Assembly: GCA_963785725.1 (NCBI GenBank)
Contig: CAWAWS010000019.1
Span: 96,001-160,000, forward strand
Length of the DNA stretch: 64,000 nt
Direction: 5' to 3'
DNA from: an uncultured delta proteobacterium
GTDB lineage: Bacteria; Myxococcota_A; Polyangia; Palsa-1104
How positions within the stretch are numbered: the first letter of the stretch is position 1; every line of letters starts with the position of its first letter. A program made the translations under genes and the position numbers. The notes beneath the pieces are model-generated. The model saw only the letters and a list, made by a program, of their open reading frames with translations, did not search any database and was not told the origin of the DNA. Shown here one piece after another: positions 9,807 to 22,763 of this stretch.

Positions 9807-10700
9807 ATGGGTAAAAAGAAGCTCGAGTCGTCGTCGCTGGGGTCGTCGCTGGGCGAGGTTACCGCCGGACATTTCAAGAGCTCGATCGAGGGGCTCACGC
9901 GCTTGGCGTCGCAACATCCGTCGGTGCGCTACATTCTCGACGTGCTGACGCGGCTGCGCGAGCGGCCGTATGCCACGAACGTCGTCGTGCGCGGCGAGCC
10001 GGGCACGGGCAAGGAAGGGCTCGCGCACACGCTGCACGAGCTGATGCACACCGAAGGCGCGCCGCTCGTCAGCGTGTCGACGGCGGGCCGGCCCGAAGAG
10101 GTCGTCGCGGCCGAGCTGTTCGGCGCCGGTCCGCAATTGAAGGGCGAGCGGCCCGTCGACGGCGCGGTCGCGCACGCCGACGGCGGCACGCTCGTGCTCG
10201 ACGAAGTCATCGGTCTGTCACCGGCGCTGCAACGGCGGCTGCTCGAGCTGGTCAAGCACGGCCGTTATCATCGCGAGTTCGAAGATCGCGAGCGCCGGTC
10301 GGAAGTCGACGTCATCGTCATCACCGACGGCGATCTGAAGGGCGAAGTGGCCGCGGGCCGCTTCCGTCACGACCTCTATCACAAGCTGGCGCGGCTCGAC
10401 TTGGTGCTGCCGCCGTTGCGCGAGCGGCCCGAAGACGTCCCGGGCGCGGCGCGCTGGATGGCCAATCGCGTGCGGCTCGATCGCGGTCTGGCGGCCAACG
10501 TCGAGCTCGAAGGCGAGGCGCACGGCGAAGCGGACGCGATCTTGATCGAGAAGGACGCGATCGAGGCGCTGCGTCAGCATCGCTGGCCGGGCAACTTCCG
10601 CGAGCTCGAGATCGTCGTCGAGCGGGCGCTGCTCCTGTTTGGCAACGGCAAGCGCGTCACCGCCGACGACGTTCAGCACGCCCTCGCCGAACCGACGTAA
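9807..10700 (+). CDS. Sigma54-activator-like AAA+ protein lacking GAFTGA and HTH
   Basis: GEPGTGKE, ADGGTLVLDEV, GRFRHDLY, PPLRER, WPGNFREL. Confidence 0.85.
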   Translation: MGKKKLESSSLGSSLGEVTAGHFKSSIEGLTRLASQHPSVRYILDVLTRLRERPYATNVVVRGEPGTGKEGLAHTLHELMHTEGAPLVSVSTAGRPEEVVAAELFGAGPQLKGERPVDGAVAHADGGTLVLDEVIGLSPALQRRLLELVKHGRYHREFEDRERRSEVDVIVITDGDLKGEVAAGRFRHDLYHKLARLDLVLPPLRERPEDVPGAARWMANRVRLDRGLAANVELEGEAHGEADAILIEKDAIEALRQHRWPGNFRELEIVVERALLLFGNGKRVTADDVQHALAEPT

Positions 10701-10703
10701 TCC

Positions 10704-11280
10704 TTAGTCCGCCGCGAAATTCGGCGGAACGCGCACATCGATGAAGCGCGCGAGATGACGCTCGGCGAGCTGTAGCAGCGCCACGTCTTGGTTGCGCGCG
10801 CCGTGAATTTGCACGGCGATCGGCGGGCCCGAGTCGCCGACGCCGATCGGCAAGGTCAGCGCCGGCGTGCCCAGCACCGCCGACGGACACAGGTCGTTGC
10901 CGAGATACGTCGAATACGGGACCTTCGCGCCATCGACGACGAGGTCGCGGCCGTTGGGTTGCCGGACGATCGCTTCGCCGGGTGAGACGGGCGAAATCCA
11001 GGCGTCGTTGCGCGGCAAAGAAGGCGTCGGTCTGCGCTTGCAGCTGGCGGCGCGCGTCCATGGCCGCGGCATAGTCGCCGTCGCTGGCGCGGAGCCCCTC
11101 GCGAAACCAGCGCGTCAGCGGGCCGGGACCGAGCCGACGATCGAGGAAATACCAGGCGAACAGCGCGCGACCCGGCTCGTCGTCACCACGCCGGCGATGC
11201 GATAGACGTCCTTGATTGTCATCGGCACGCCCGTGCAGCGGTCCGAGCGGCCGGCCGGCGCGCACGTCGTCGACGGCAAA
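10704..11280 (-). pseudogene. Amidase family remnant (truncated, frameshifted, internally deleted)
   Basis: GPLHG/VPMTIKD..IAGVVTT joined across frameshifts directly to C-terminal amidase motifs (GTPALTLPIG..PIAVQIHG..DVALL); the GGSS signature region is missing. Confidence 0.75.
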
Positions 11281-11287
11281 GTCGACC

Positions 11288-11808
11288 TCAGCGAACGGCG
11301 GGCAGCGTGCCGGGCAGGAAGCCGCAGTAGCGGCCGTCGAGGAAGATGAGCGTCATCAGCTTTTGCCCGGCCTCTTCCTCGCGCGCCGAGATCGTCACCG
11401 CCGACGCCATGCGCATCAGCGTCGCCAGCTCGTCGAGATACCGGCGCATCGCCGGCGGCGTCGACGCGATCGGCCCCGCGCGCAGGCCGACCAGCAGCGG
11501 ATTCTCGTAATTCTCGACGAAGCGCCAGGCTCGCCCGAGCAAGACCTCGATGAGCGAACGCAACGAACGCAGCGCCCGCTCTTCGACTTCGGGCACCGGC
11601 GAATCGGCGACGGCCGCCAGCGTCGTCAGCCCGCGCTCGACGAGCGGCTCGCGATTCTCCGGCGGCACGGACGTCGTCGCCTGCATGAGCTGCATCAGGC
11701 GAAAGTTGCGCCAATCGATGCTCGGCCTGAGCGCGTCGGCGCTCGCATCACCGAGGAGCGCGTCGAGAAACTGCCGAGCCGCCGTGCGCGCTGCCCAGCC
11801 GTCTTGCA

Positions 11809-11809
<1 letters not shown>
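11288..11809 (-). CDS. Hypothetical protein (apparent paralogue of the adjacent lipoprotein)
   Basis: ATG overlaps the upstream stop (TGATG); ORF has typical composition. Confidence 0.65.
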
Positions 11810-14897
<3,088 letters not shown>

Positions 14898-14936
14898 CTA
14901 TGGTTTAGCATCGAGGTGGGCGCGAGTAAAGGTGAA

Positions 14937-16007
14937 TCAGCTCTTAACAGCACCTGCAACTATTTGAAAGTCAAGGCGTTCTCGGGCGAGCAAGACATGG
15001 CTCGGAGAGGTCGTCGTGATGAACGCCTGACACGGCACCGATTGCAGAAAATCGAACAGCTGCGCATTTCTCGTGGGGTCCAATTCCGACGAAACATCGT
15101 CGAGCAATAAAACCGGAGCGTCCCCCAAAGTCGCGCGCAAGAATTCGATTTCGGCGATTTTCAATGCCAGCACGATCGCGCGCAGCTGGCCTTGCGACGC
15201 GTAGGATTTGGCCTCTTTTCCGTCGAGAAGCAGCGCCAAGTCGTCGACGTGCGGACCGGACGAGGTCGCGCCGCGCGCCATATCGCGGCGGCGCTCGGCC
15301 GATAATCGCGCCAATAACGTCGCCTCGATATCGCCGTCCATTTGCGTCGCGTAGCCAATCGCCAGCGAAAGGCCGGTTTGCGTCACGCGCTCGAACGCCG
15401 CTTGCACGCGCGGCCGCAGCTCGTCGACGAGCGCGCGCCGCCGATTGACGATCGCCACCGCCGCGCGCGCCAGCTGCGCGTCGTAGACTTCGAGCAGATC
15501 GGGCGCGCCGCCGTCACGCAAGACCGCATTGCGCGACTTCAGGACGCGATCATAAATCTGCGCCTCGCCGAGATAGGCCGGATGCGCGTTCCACACGGCG
15601 CGATCGATGAATCGCCGTCGCCCCGAGGGTGAGCCTTTGGGCAGCCGCAGATCCTCGGGCGCAAACAGGACGACGTTGAAGCCGCCGAAGTAATCGGTCG
15701 CGCGCGCGCCTTTGCCGTCGACCCGCGCGCTCTTGTGGCCGGGGCTGAGCGCGACCTCGAGCAGCCGTAGCGTCTCCAGCTTCTCGACCCGCGCGCGCAC
15801 CGTCGCTTTGGGCGCGCCGAAGCGCACCATCTCCTCGGTCTTGGCAGCGCGAAAGCTGCGCAGCGTGCCGAGCAGATAAATCGCCTCCAAGATGTTCGTC
15901 TTGCCCTGCCCGTTATCGCCCCACAGCACGTTGAAGCGCGCGTGCGGCTCGATGAGGACCTGTTCGAGATTGCGGAACTGACGGGCTTCGAGCGCGTGGA
16001 TGCGCAT
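14937..16007 (-). CDS. recF: DNA replication/repair protein RecF
   Basis: GDNGQGKTNILEAI, ASQGQ, LLLDDVSSELD; conserved synteny. Confidence 0.98.
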   Translation of the reverse strand: MRIHALEARQFRNLEQVLIEPHARFNVLWGDNGQGKTNILEAIYLLGTLRSFRAAKTEEMVRFGAPKATVRARVEKLETLRLLEVALSPGHKSARVDGKGARATDYFGGFNVVLFAPEDLRLPKGSPSGRRRFIDRAVWNAHPAYLGEAQIYDRVLKSRNAVLRDGGAPDLLEVYDAQLARAAVAIVNRRRALVDELRPRVQAAFERVTQTGLSLAIGYATQMDGDIEATLLARLSAERRRDMARGATSSGPHVDDLALLLDGKEAKSYASQGQLRAIVLALKIAEIEFLRATLGDAPVLLLDDVSSELDPTRNAQLFDFLQSVPCQAFITTTSPSHVLLARERLDFQIVAGAVKS

Positions 16008-16033
16008 CGATTACGCGGGCGAAGGCGACGACT

Positions 16034-17146
16034 TCAGATGCGCATGGGCATGACGACGCCGACGTAGCTGGCGCCTTTGCCCTGCTCGGCCGGCCGCACG
16101 AGCCCGGGATCGAGCTCGCCGTTCAGCTCCAGCTTCACTTCGTCGCCCTCCATCTCGCCCAAGAGCTCGATGAAATACTTGGCGTTGAAGCCGATGGTCA
16201 GGGCCGTGCCGTCGTAGCCGACGTCGAGCGCTTCGTGCGCCTCGCCCAAGTCGGGGTTGTCGCTGGCGACCTTGAGCTCGTTCTTGTCGAGCGAGAACTT
16301 GATGCCCCAGGTCTTGTCCGACGACATGATGCTGATGCGCTTCAAGGCTTCCAAGAGCGCCAGCCGCGGCGCCACGGCGATCTTGTCGTTCTCTTTCGGG
16401 ATGACCTGATCGTACGGCGGAAACTGCGCGTCGATGAGCTTGACCGACAGCGCCGTGTTGCCGGCGCGGACGAACAAGTGGCCGTTGTGGATGCCGAGCT
16501 CGACTTTGCCGTCGGCCGACTCCAGCTGGCGCCGCACTTCCATCAAGCCTTTGCGCGGAATGATGATGCCCGCCGCCAGCTTGGGCCCGTCGGCCAGCGG
16601 CCGCTCCACCTTCGACAGGCGGTGACCATCCGTCGACACCATGCGCGCCACCGCGCCGTCGCTCTCGAAGAGCACGCCGTTCAAGTGGTAGCGCGTCTCG
16701 TCGGTCGAGATGCTGAAGAACGTCTTGGCGATCATGTCGCGCAACGTCGCCGCGTCGACCGTCGAGAACGTGACCTCGCGATGGTTCGGCAGCTTCGGGA
16801 AGTCGCGATCGGCCATGCCGACGACCTTGTAGTCGACCTTGCCGGCGCGAATCTCCGCGTACTGATTCTCCGTCCGCTTGAGCGTCAGCTCGTCCTTGGG
16901 CAGCGACTTGACGATGTCATGCAGATGCTTGGCACCGACGGTGAGCCCGCCTTCCGACGTCACGTGACAGGGCAGCTCGGCGGTGACCGTCACGTTCAGG
17001 TCGGTGGCCGCGACGAGCAGCTTGTCCTTGCCATCGGTGCGCAACAGGACGTTGGCGAGGATGGGCATCGTGCTCTTGCGATCCGAGATTCCCTGCGCCA
17101 GGTAGAGACCCTGAAGCAGCGACGCCTTCTCGATTTTGAACTCCAT
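16034..17146 (-). CDS. dnaN: DNA polymerase III beta clamp
   Basis: PILANVLL, STDGHRL, GFNAKYF, C-terminal VMPMRI. Confidence 0.99.
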   Translation of the reverse strand: MEFKIEKASLLQGLYLAQGISDRKSTMPILANVLLRTDGKDKLLVAATDLNVTVTAELPCHVTSEGGLTVGAKHLHDIVKSLPKDELTLKRTENQYAEIRAGKVDYKVVGMADRDFPKLPNHREVTFSTVDAATLRDMIAKTFFSISTDETRYHLNGVLFESDGAVARMVSTDGHRLSKVERPLADGPKLAAGIIIPRKGLMEVRRQLESADGKVELGIHNGHLFVRAGNTALSVKLIDAQFPPYDQVIPKENDKIAVAPRLALLEALKRISIMSSDKTWGIKFSLDKNELKVASDNPDLGEAHEALDVGYDGTALTIGFNAKYFIELLGEMEGDEVKLELNGELDPGLVRPAEQGKGASYVGVVMPMRI

Positions 17147-17159
17147 CGTTCTGGCTCTC

Positions 17160-17410
17160 CGTCTGAGTAGTTCTTCAGAAGATCAATGAAGATCCGTATC
17201 TCTATTATGTCCTGTGGGAACTTGGATAACCGATCGATCCCCACGACATCTCTCGTGAAACAGCTGTGTGCGAAAAGTGTGTTCTTTTTTGCGAAGTGCC
17301 CGGTTGCACACAGGCGCCACTTACGCACACTCACTCCACAGCGCAATCCCCGGACTTGTACACAACCGGGGGCAATCTATCACCACCCCCGGCGCGCGCG
17401 CACACAAAAT
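17160..17410. other. oriC core (dnaA-dnaN intergenic): degenerate DnaA boxes plus an AT-rich unwinding element
   Basis: Minus strand reads TTATCCAAG-TTCCCACAGG (17229-17211), followed by the AT-rich tract ACATAATAGAGATACGGATCTTCATTGATCTT. Further box-like 9-mers TTGCACACA, TTACGCACA and TTGTACACA on the plus strand. Confidence 0.75.
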
Positions 17411-17693
17411 CAACGACGCGCGCAAGCGTTCTGCCGCGCGCCTGGACGACGTTCGCCGCCCGTTTCGGACGCGAGCACGCGCGGGGGCGATCGTGGCTGA
17501 GAAGGCGGCGCAGGCGCGTCCGGCGAGGTCGGGCGAGAACGTGGGTGAGGTCGGCGCGAGAAGCAACTTTTGTGACTGATTGGCGATAATTGGGGCGGGA
17601 AGGTCGGGGGCATGACGACGAGCCCACCGTCCTCCGGAATCGTTCGACCGAATCCTCTGGAATCGATCGTTCTTACGAACCGATCGTCGTCGC

Positions 17694-19103
17694 CTACTGC
17701 GACAGATGCCGCTCGAGCTCTTCGACCGTATGCCGCGTCTTCGGGTCACTCTGCACGAGCGCGTCGATCTTCCGGCACGCCGACAGCACCGTCGTGTGAT
17801 CCTTGCCGCCAAAGCGCTGCCCCAAGTCGGGATACGACGACTTGCACAGCTTGCGCGCCAGATACATCGCGATCTGCCGCGGTCGCGCGATGGCCTGATG
17901 CCGCTTGGGCGACTTCAAGTCCGCCAGCTTGACGTTGAAGTAGTTCGCCACTTCCTTCTGCACCGCCTCGACGGTCAGCGAATGCGCCGCCTGGGTCAGG
18001 AAGTTCTTCAGCGTCTCCTTGGCGAACTCGATCGTGATCGGCTGCGACTGCAAGCCCGCGAACGCCGCCACACGAATCAGCAGACCTTCGAGCTCGCGCA
18101 CGTTCGACTTGATGTTCGTCGCCAGGTAAATCGCGACGTCGTCGGGCAGATCGATGCCGTCGTTGTCCGCCTTCTTCTTCAGAATGGCGATGCGCGTCTC
18201 CAGCTCCGGCGGCTGAATGTCGGCGATCAATCCCGACTGAAAGCGCGAACGCAGCCGCTCTTCGAGATCGGGAATCTCGTGCGGATACTTGTCCGCGGTC
18301 AGCACGATCTGCCGATGCGACTCGAACAGCGAGTTGAACGTGTGGAAGAACTCGTCCTGCGTGCGGTCCTTGCCGGCCAGGAACTGAATGTCGTCCATCA
18401 ACAGCACGTCGCATTTCTCGCGGTATTTACGACGGAATTCGTCGATCTTACCGTTGCGGATGCAGTTGATGTACTCGTTCATGAACGTCTCGGTCTTGAG
18501 GTACAAGATCCGCCACGTCGGGTTCTTCTCGCGGATGCGATGGCCGATCGCGTGCACCAAGTGCGTTTTGCCGAGACCGACGCCGCCATATAAGAAGAGC
18601 GGGTTGTACTTGTGCGCAGGAATCTCGGCCACGGCGCGCGACGCCGCGTGCGCCAGCTGATTCGACGGGCCGACGACGTAGGCATCGAACGTGTACTTCG
18701 ACAGCAGGTCCGGCGACGGCGAATCCCCACGCGATTCGCGGGCTTCACCCGTGCGAATGTCGATCGGCCCCGAGCGCGGCGCGTCGGTCATCGGCACCGG
18801 CGTCGGGTCGACGCGCGGATGCGGCTCGGCCTCGCGGACCTCGAACAGAATCTCGTAGTCCTGATTGTTCTGCGCCTTGAGCGCGTCCAGGACGATCGAC
18901 TGGTAGTTGTCCTGAAACCACTCTTTGATCCACTTAGAAGGTGCGCTCAACGTGATGGTCGCGCCTTCGACGGCTTTGCACTGAATCGGTTTCAGCCACA
19001 TCTCGAAGTTGTGCGGCTTGATGCGCCCTTCGAGCGTGCTGAGCGCGCTTTCCCACAGGCCTGTCATCGCAGTCGACTCTCTCGCCTGTTCGTCTTCGGA
19101 CAT
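17694..19103 (-). CDS. dnaA: Chromosomal replication initiator DnaA
   Basis: YNPLFLYGGVGLGKTHL, DDIQFL, QDEFFHTFN, RLRSRF, GGKDHTTV. Confidence 0.99.
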   Translation of the reverse strand: MSEDEQARESTAMTGLWESALSTLEGRIKPHNFEMWLKPIQCKAVEGATITLSAPSKWIKEWFQDNYQSIVLDALKAQNNQDYEILFEVREAEPHPRVDPTPVPMTDAPRSGPIDIRTGEARESRGDSPSPDLLSKYTFDAYVVGPSNQLAHAASRAVAEIPAHKYNPLFLYGGVGLGKTHLVHAIGHRIREKNPTWRILYLKTETFMNEYINCIRNGKIDEFRRKYREKCDVLLMDDIQFLAGKDRTQDEFFHTFNSLFESHRQIVLTADKYPHEIPDLEERLRSRFQSGLIADIQPPELETRIAILKKKADNDGIDLPDDVAIYLATNIKSNVRELEGLLIRVAAFAGLQSQPITIEFAKETLKNFLTQAAHSLTVEAVQKEVANYFNVKLADLKSPKRHQAIARPRQIAMYLARKLCKSSYPDLGQRFGGKDHTTVLSACRKIDALVQSDPKTRHTVEELERHLSQ

Positions 19104-19107
19104 GAAA

Positions 19108-19138
19108 TTACCCACAGCCCTATCCACAATGTGGATAA
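19108..19138. promoter_or_regulatory. Three DnaA boxes immediately upstream of dnaA
   Basis: TTACCCACA (19108), CTATCCACA (19120) and a perfect TGTGGATAA (19130). Confidence 0.88.
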
Positions 19139-19694
19139 GTCGGAATTTCGTTCTGGTTTCGGTGTGAGGCTGAAACGGTTTACTTAACGAATACGCTGAT
19201 GTGTGATCAGCTAGCGGCCAACTGCGGGATCCTGTCGTCGATGCGTTTTTGCGCTCTGCAGGTACCCACGGTTTGCCTCCCCGGCGTGAAGCGACTCGAA
19301 CGTTTATCAAGCAGGTTTTTGGTTGGCAATCCCCAAAAACCGAGGCGTTTCGATCTGCTGCTGATCCTTGAGAAAAATTTGAGGACAGCGGCCGGCCAAA
19401 ACGGGAAAAACGGCGTCGCGGCGGCCGCCATACATGCAAACGGTAGGTAACCTCAGCGGAATTCGGTCGCTCTCCACAGCCGTGCGCGCTGAGTCCCGTC
19501 CGGCGCGGGTTTGCCGGATCGCGTTCGAGCAAAACCGCCTGATCGCCTCGATTGCGACCGATCTGCGTGCTTCGTGTAACGGATTAGCGGCGGAACAGAG
19601 GGTTCGCGAAGCTGGAATCCAGCGTTGCGTCGCGTTAAAGTCTCGGCAGCTTTGGCGGGTGTGACGACGGAAGTGATCGCCCTTCCAAGCGATC

Positions 19695-19724
19695 TTGACA
19701 CGCGCGGAGGTGGTTGCTATAGCT
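19695..19724 (+). promoter_or_regulatory. Sigma70 promoter of the rpmH operon
   Basis: TTGACA-N17-TATAGC with extended TG; AGGAG RBS downstream. Confidence 0.7.
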
Positions 19725-19755
19725 CCGCGGCCATTCTTTTACTAGGAGACGGACC

Positions 19756-19905
19756 GTGAAGCGCACTTACCAACCCCATAACAAGCGCCGCAAGCGCTCC
19801 CACGGCTTCCGCAAGCGGATGAGCTCCAAAGGCGGCCGCTTGACCCTCCAGCGTCGTCGTCGCAAGGGTCGCCGCAAGTTGACGGTCACCGTCGCCAAGA
19901 AGTAA
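19756..19905 (+). CDS. rpmH: 50S ribosomal protein L34
   Basis: Manual translation [44 protein letters not shown]; not in the ORF track. Confidence 0.98.
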   Translation: MKRTYQPHNKRRKRSHGFRKRMSSKGGRLTLQRRRRKGRRKLTVTVAKK

Positions 19906-19908
19906 CGA

Positions 19909-20259
19909 CTGACGCTCGAAAGCTTCCCGAAAAGCGAGCGGCTTCGCCGGCGCAGCGAGTATCTGCGAGTTCAGCAGACGGGACGCAAGCTCCACACCGA
20001 TAGCTTTCTCGTGTTCGTGTTGACGCAGGGTGAAGCCGGTCCACCGCGACTGGGCATCACAGCTTCGCGCAAGCTCGGTGGCGCGGTCGTGCGTAACCGA
20101 GTAAAACGTCGTGTGCGGGAAGCATTCAGGCGACATAAGTTGTTGTTCCCGAGCGGGATCGATCTCGTGTTCGTGGCCAAAAAGAGCGCGAGCGACACCG
20201 AATACGATCAGGTGGTGCGGGAAATGGAGAAGCTGTGCCGAAAGCATTTTCCGCGTTAG
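19909..20259 (+). CDS. rnpA: Ribonuclease P protein component
   Basis: [13 protein letters not shown]...[25 protein letters not shown]; start inferred at CTG. Confidence 0.93.
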   Translation: MTLESFPKSERLRRRSEYLRVQQTGRKLHTDSFLVFVLTQGEAGPPRLGITASRKLGGAVVRNRVKRRVREAFRRHKLLFPSGIDLVFVAKKSASDTEYDQVVREMEKLCRKHFPR

Positions 20260-20498
20260 CTGCGGCATTGCTGCTGGCTCTGCTCGCCGTGTATCGACGG
20301 CTGCTCTCGCCCATATTCGCGCTCTTTGGGGCGCGCTGCCGATTTTACCCCACGTGCTCCGCTTATGCGTCCGAGGCCGTCCGTCATTACGGGCCATGGC
20401 GCGGCGGTTGGATGGCGATCCGTCGTCTCGGTCGCTGCCACCCGTTCCACCCCGGCGGGTACGATCCGCCCGTTCCAACGGATTCGATTCATGGATAA
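20235..20498 (+). CDS. yidD: Membrane protein insertion efficiency factor YidD
   Basis: [22 protein letters not shown]. Confidence 0.95.
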   Translation: MPKAFSALAAALLLALLAVYRRLLSPIFALFGARCRFYPTCSAYASEAVRHYGPWRGGWMAIRRLGRCHPFHPGGYDPPVPTDSIHG

Positions 20499-22302
20499 AC
20501 GTGTCCTGATTGCCTCGACCATTTCGATGGGAATGGTCGCGGTCTGGTTGGTCGTGTTCAAACCGCACGCGGCCAACGTCGCGCCGCCGGTCGCCGGTGT
20601 GCTCGAGAAGTCGGCAACCGCGACCGAGCCGCCGGCCAAAGCCGCGACGCCGGCGCCGGTCGGCGACGGCAAAGCCGCGGCCGCGAAGGTCGATGCCGCC
20701 AAGCCTGCCGACGCGAAGGCTGCCGACGGCAAGGCCGCCGACGCCGCGCCGCCGACGCCGCCCGCAAAGGCGGAATACAAAGAGACGACGCTGGAAGTGC
20801 CGGGTTACTACCGCGCGACGTTCAACAACTACGGCGCGGCGGCGAATCATTGGGTGCTGCTGAATCCCCAATATAAGGAGGACAACCCGCGCAAGAGCAA
20901 CAAGATGTCGGAGCCGATCGACCTCGTGAAGACGTCGGCGCCGACTCTGCCGCTCGCGTTGAGCTTCGGCAAAGCGGCGACCGCATCCTTCGATGTTCCC
21001 GAGGACGCGGTGTGGACCGAGGAGCCGCGCGGCAACGACGGCGCGGTCGTCTACAGCTGGACCTCGGGCGACGTTCGCATCGAGAAGCGCTACACGCCGG
21101 TTCCCGATTCGTACGAGGTGCGGCTCACCGTCACGGTTGCGAACAAGGGCGACAAGCCGCTCGAATACTATCCGCGTTTGTCGATTTCCGGCTGGCACGA
21201 TCCGTCCGTGAAGTCGGGCGGCTTCCTCTCGCGTCGCGTGAGCCAGACCGAGGGGCTTTGCCTCGTCGACGGCAAGCTGAAGAAAGCCAACCTCGAGGCG
21301 ATGCTCAAGAAGTCCGAGGGCGGCGCGAATTGGGGCAAAGGAATCGACGAGTGGACCAAACCCGGCGAGCCGGGCAAGGTCCGCTGGATTGGCGTCGGTG
21401 AGCAGTACTTCGTGATGGCGGCGGCGCTCAAGCTCGACAATCAAGGTCGTCGCTGCGAAGGCTTCGGCACCTCCGGCGGCAACATCACGTCGTCGATGAC
21501 GATCGACAAGCAGGTCCTCGCCAAGCAGGCACAGGCCACGTACCAGTGGTCGCTGTTCATGGGGCCGAAGATCTTGTCGCGGCTGGACGCGGTCACCGTT
21601 GGTGGCGAAGACGCCGAGATGGGCAAGGCGGTCGACTACGGCTGGACCGAGGCGGTCGCGCGGCCGATGCTGGGCGTGCTCAAAGGCATCCACGCGCTCG
21701 TCCCCAACTGGGGCTTCGCGATCATCATCCTGACGATTCTGCTGAAGGCGCTGACCTGGTATCCGACGCAGCGCTCGATGAAGTCCATGAAGTCGATGGC
21801 GAAGCTCAAGCCGGAGATGGACAAGCTCAAAGAGCGCTACGGCGACGACAAGAACGGCATGAACGTCGCCATGATGGAGCTCTACAAGAAGCACGGCGTG
21901 AATCCGCTCGGCGGCTGCTTGCCGGTGCTCATCCAGATGCCGATCTACATCGCGCTGTACTCGATGTTGGGCAACTCGGTGGAGCTCTATCGCTCGGGAT
22001 TCTTGGGCTGGATCAAGGACTTGACGGCGGCGGATCCCTATTATGTGCTGCCGGTTTTGACGGGCGCGCTCATGTTCCTGCAGCAGAAGACGCAGCCGGC
22101 GTCGCCCGATCCGCAGCAGCGGACGATGATGTACATCATGCCGGTCATGTTCACGGCGTTCAGTATCTTCTTGCCGTCGGGCTTGACGATTTACATTCTC
22201 ACCAATACGGTCCTGACGTTCGTGCAGCAATTCTTGATGAACCGCGGCGATAAGCCGTCGCAGCCGAGCAAGCCGGCGATGACCAAACCGGCGAGGGCCT
22301 GA
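20491..22302 (+). CDS. yidC: Membrane protein insertase YidC
   Basis: [33 protein letters not shown]; conserved synteny. Confidence 0.97.
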   Translation: MDKRVLIASTISMGMVAVWLVVFKPHAANVAPPVAGVLEKSATATEPPAKAATPAPVGDGKAAAAKVDAAKPADAKAADGKAADAAPPTPPAKAEYKETTLEVPGYYRATFNNYGAAANHWVLLNPQYKEDNPRKSNKMSEPIDLVKTSAPTLPLALSFGKAATASFDVPEDAVWTEEPRGNDGAVVYSWTSGDVRIEKRYTPVPDSYEVRLTVTVANKGDKPLEYYPRLSISGWHDPSVKSGGFLSRRVSQTEGLCLVDGKLKKANLEAMLKKSEGGANWGKGIDEWTKPGEPGKVRWIGVGEQYFVMAAALKLDNQGRRCEGFGTSGGNITSSMTIDKQVLAKQAQATYQWSLFMGPKILSRLDAVTVGGEDAEMGKAVDYGWTEAVARPMLGVLKGIHALVPNWGFAIIILTILLKALTWYPTQRSMKSMKSMAKLKPEMDKLKERYGDDKNGMNVAMMELYKKHGVNPLGGCLPVLIQMPIYIALYSMLGNSVELYRSGFLGWIKDLTAADPYYVLPVLTGALMFLQQKTQPASPDPQQRTMMYIMPVMFTAFSIFLPSGLTIYILTNTVLTFVQQFLMNRGDKPSQPSKPAMTKPARA

Positions 22303-22763
22303 TGGAAGAAGCAGCCAACGTCCTAGGCGAGATCCTCAAAAAGATGGGGATCGAGCACGAAATCGTGACCACCGAGAACGAAGAGCGGATCACCCTCGAG
22401 GTCAAAGGTCCGGAGACCGGCCTCGTCATCGGCAAGAAGGGGCAGACGCTCGATTCGCTGCAGTACATGGTCAACAAGATCGTGTCCAAGCGGCATGGTG
22501 AAGGCGAAGGCAAAGGCGTGACCGTCGACGCCGAAGGCTATCGCAGCCGCCGCGCCGACGCGCTCGTCGAGCTCGCGCACAAGCTGGCCGAGAAGGCCAA
22601 GCGCACGGGACGGCCGGTCGCGGCCGATCCGATGAGCGCCGCCGATCGCCGCATCATCCACGTCACTTTGGCCGACATGGCCGGGTTGACGACACGCTCG
22701 GAAGGCGAAGGCATCTACCGCCACCTGATCGTGATCCCGACCGGCAGCGGTGGCGGCGAGTAG
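22302..22763 (+). CDS. jag: Jag/EloR-like KH-R3H RNA-binding protein (short form)
   Basis: IGKKGQTLDSLQY, PMSAADRRIIH, TRSEGEG. Confidence 0.9.
   Translation: MEEAANVLGEILKKMGIEHEIVTTENEERITLEVKGPETGLVIGKKGQTLDSLQYMVNKIVSKRHGEGEGKGVTVDAEGYRSRRADALVELAHKLAEKAKRTGRPVAADPMSAADRRIIHVTLADMAGLTTRSEGEGIYRHLIVIPTGSGGGE

Noticed and set aside
19104..19532. 143-aa N-terminal extension of DnaA
   Set aside because: It runs through DnaA boxes and AT-rich non-coding sequence with no domain features.
22302..22763. Short Jag as a broken gene
   Set aside because: KH and R3H domains are intact and the start is coupled to yidC; forms lacking the N-terminal Jag domain are unremarkable.
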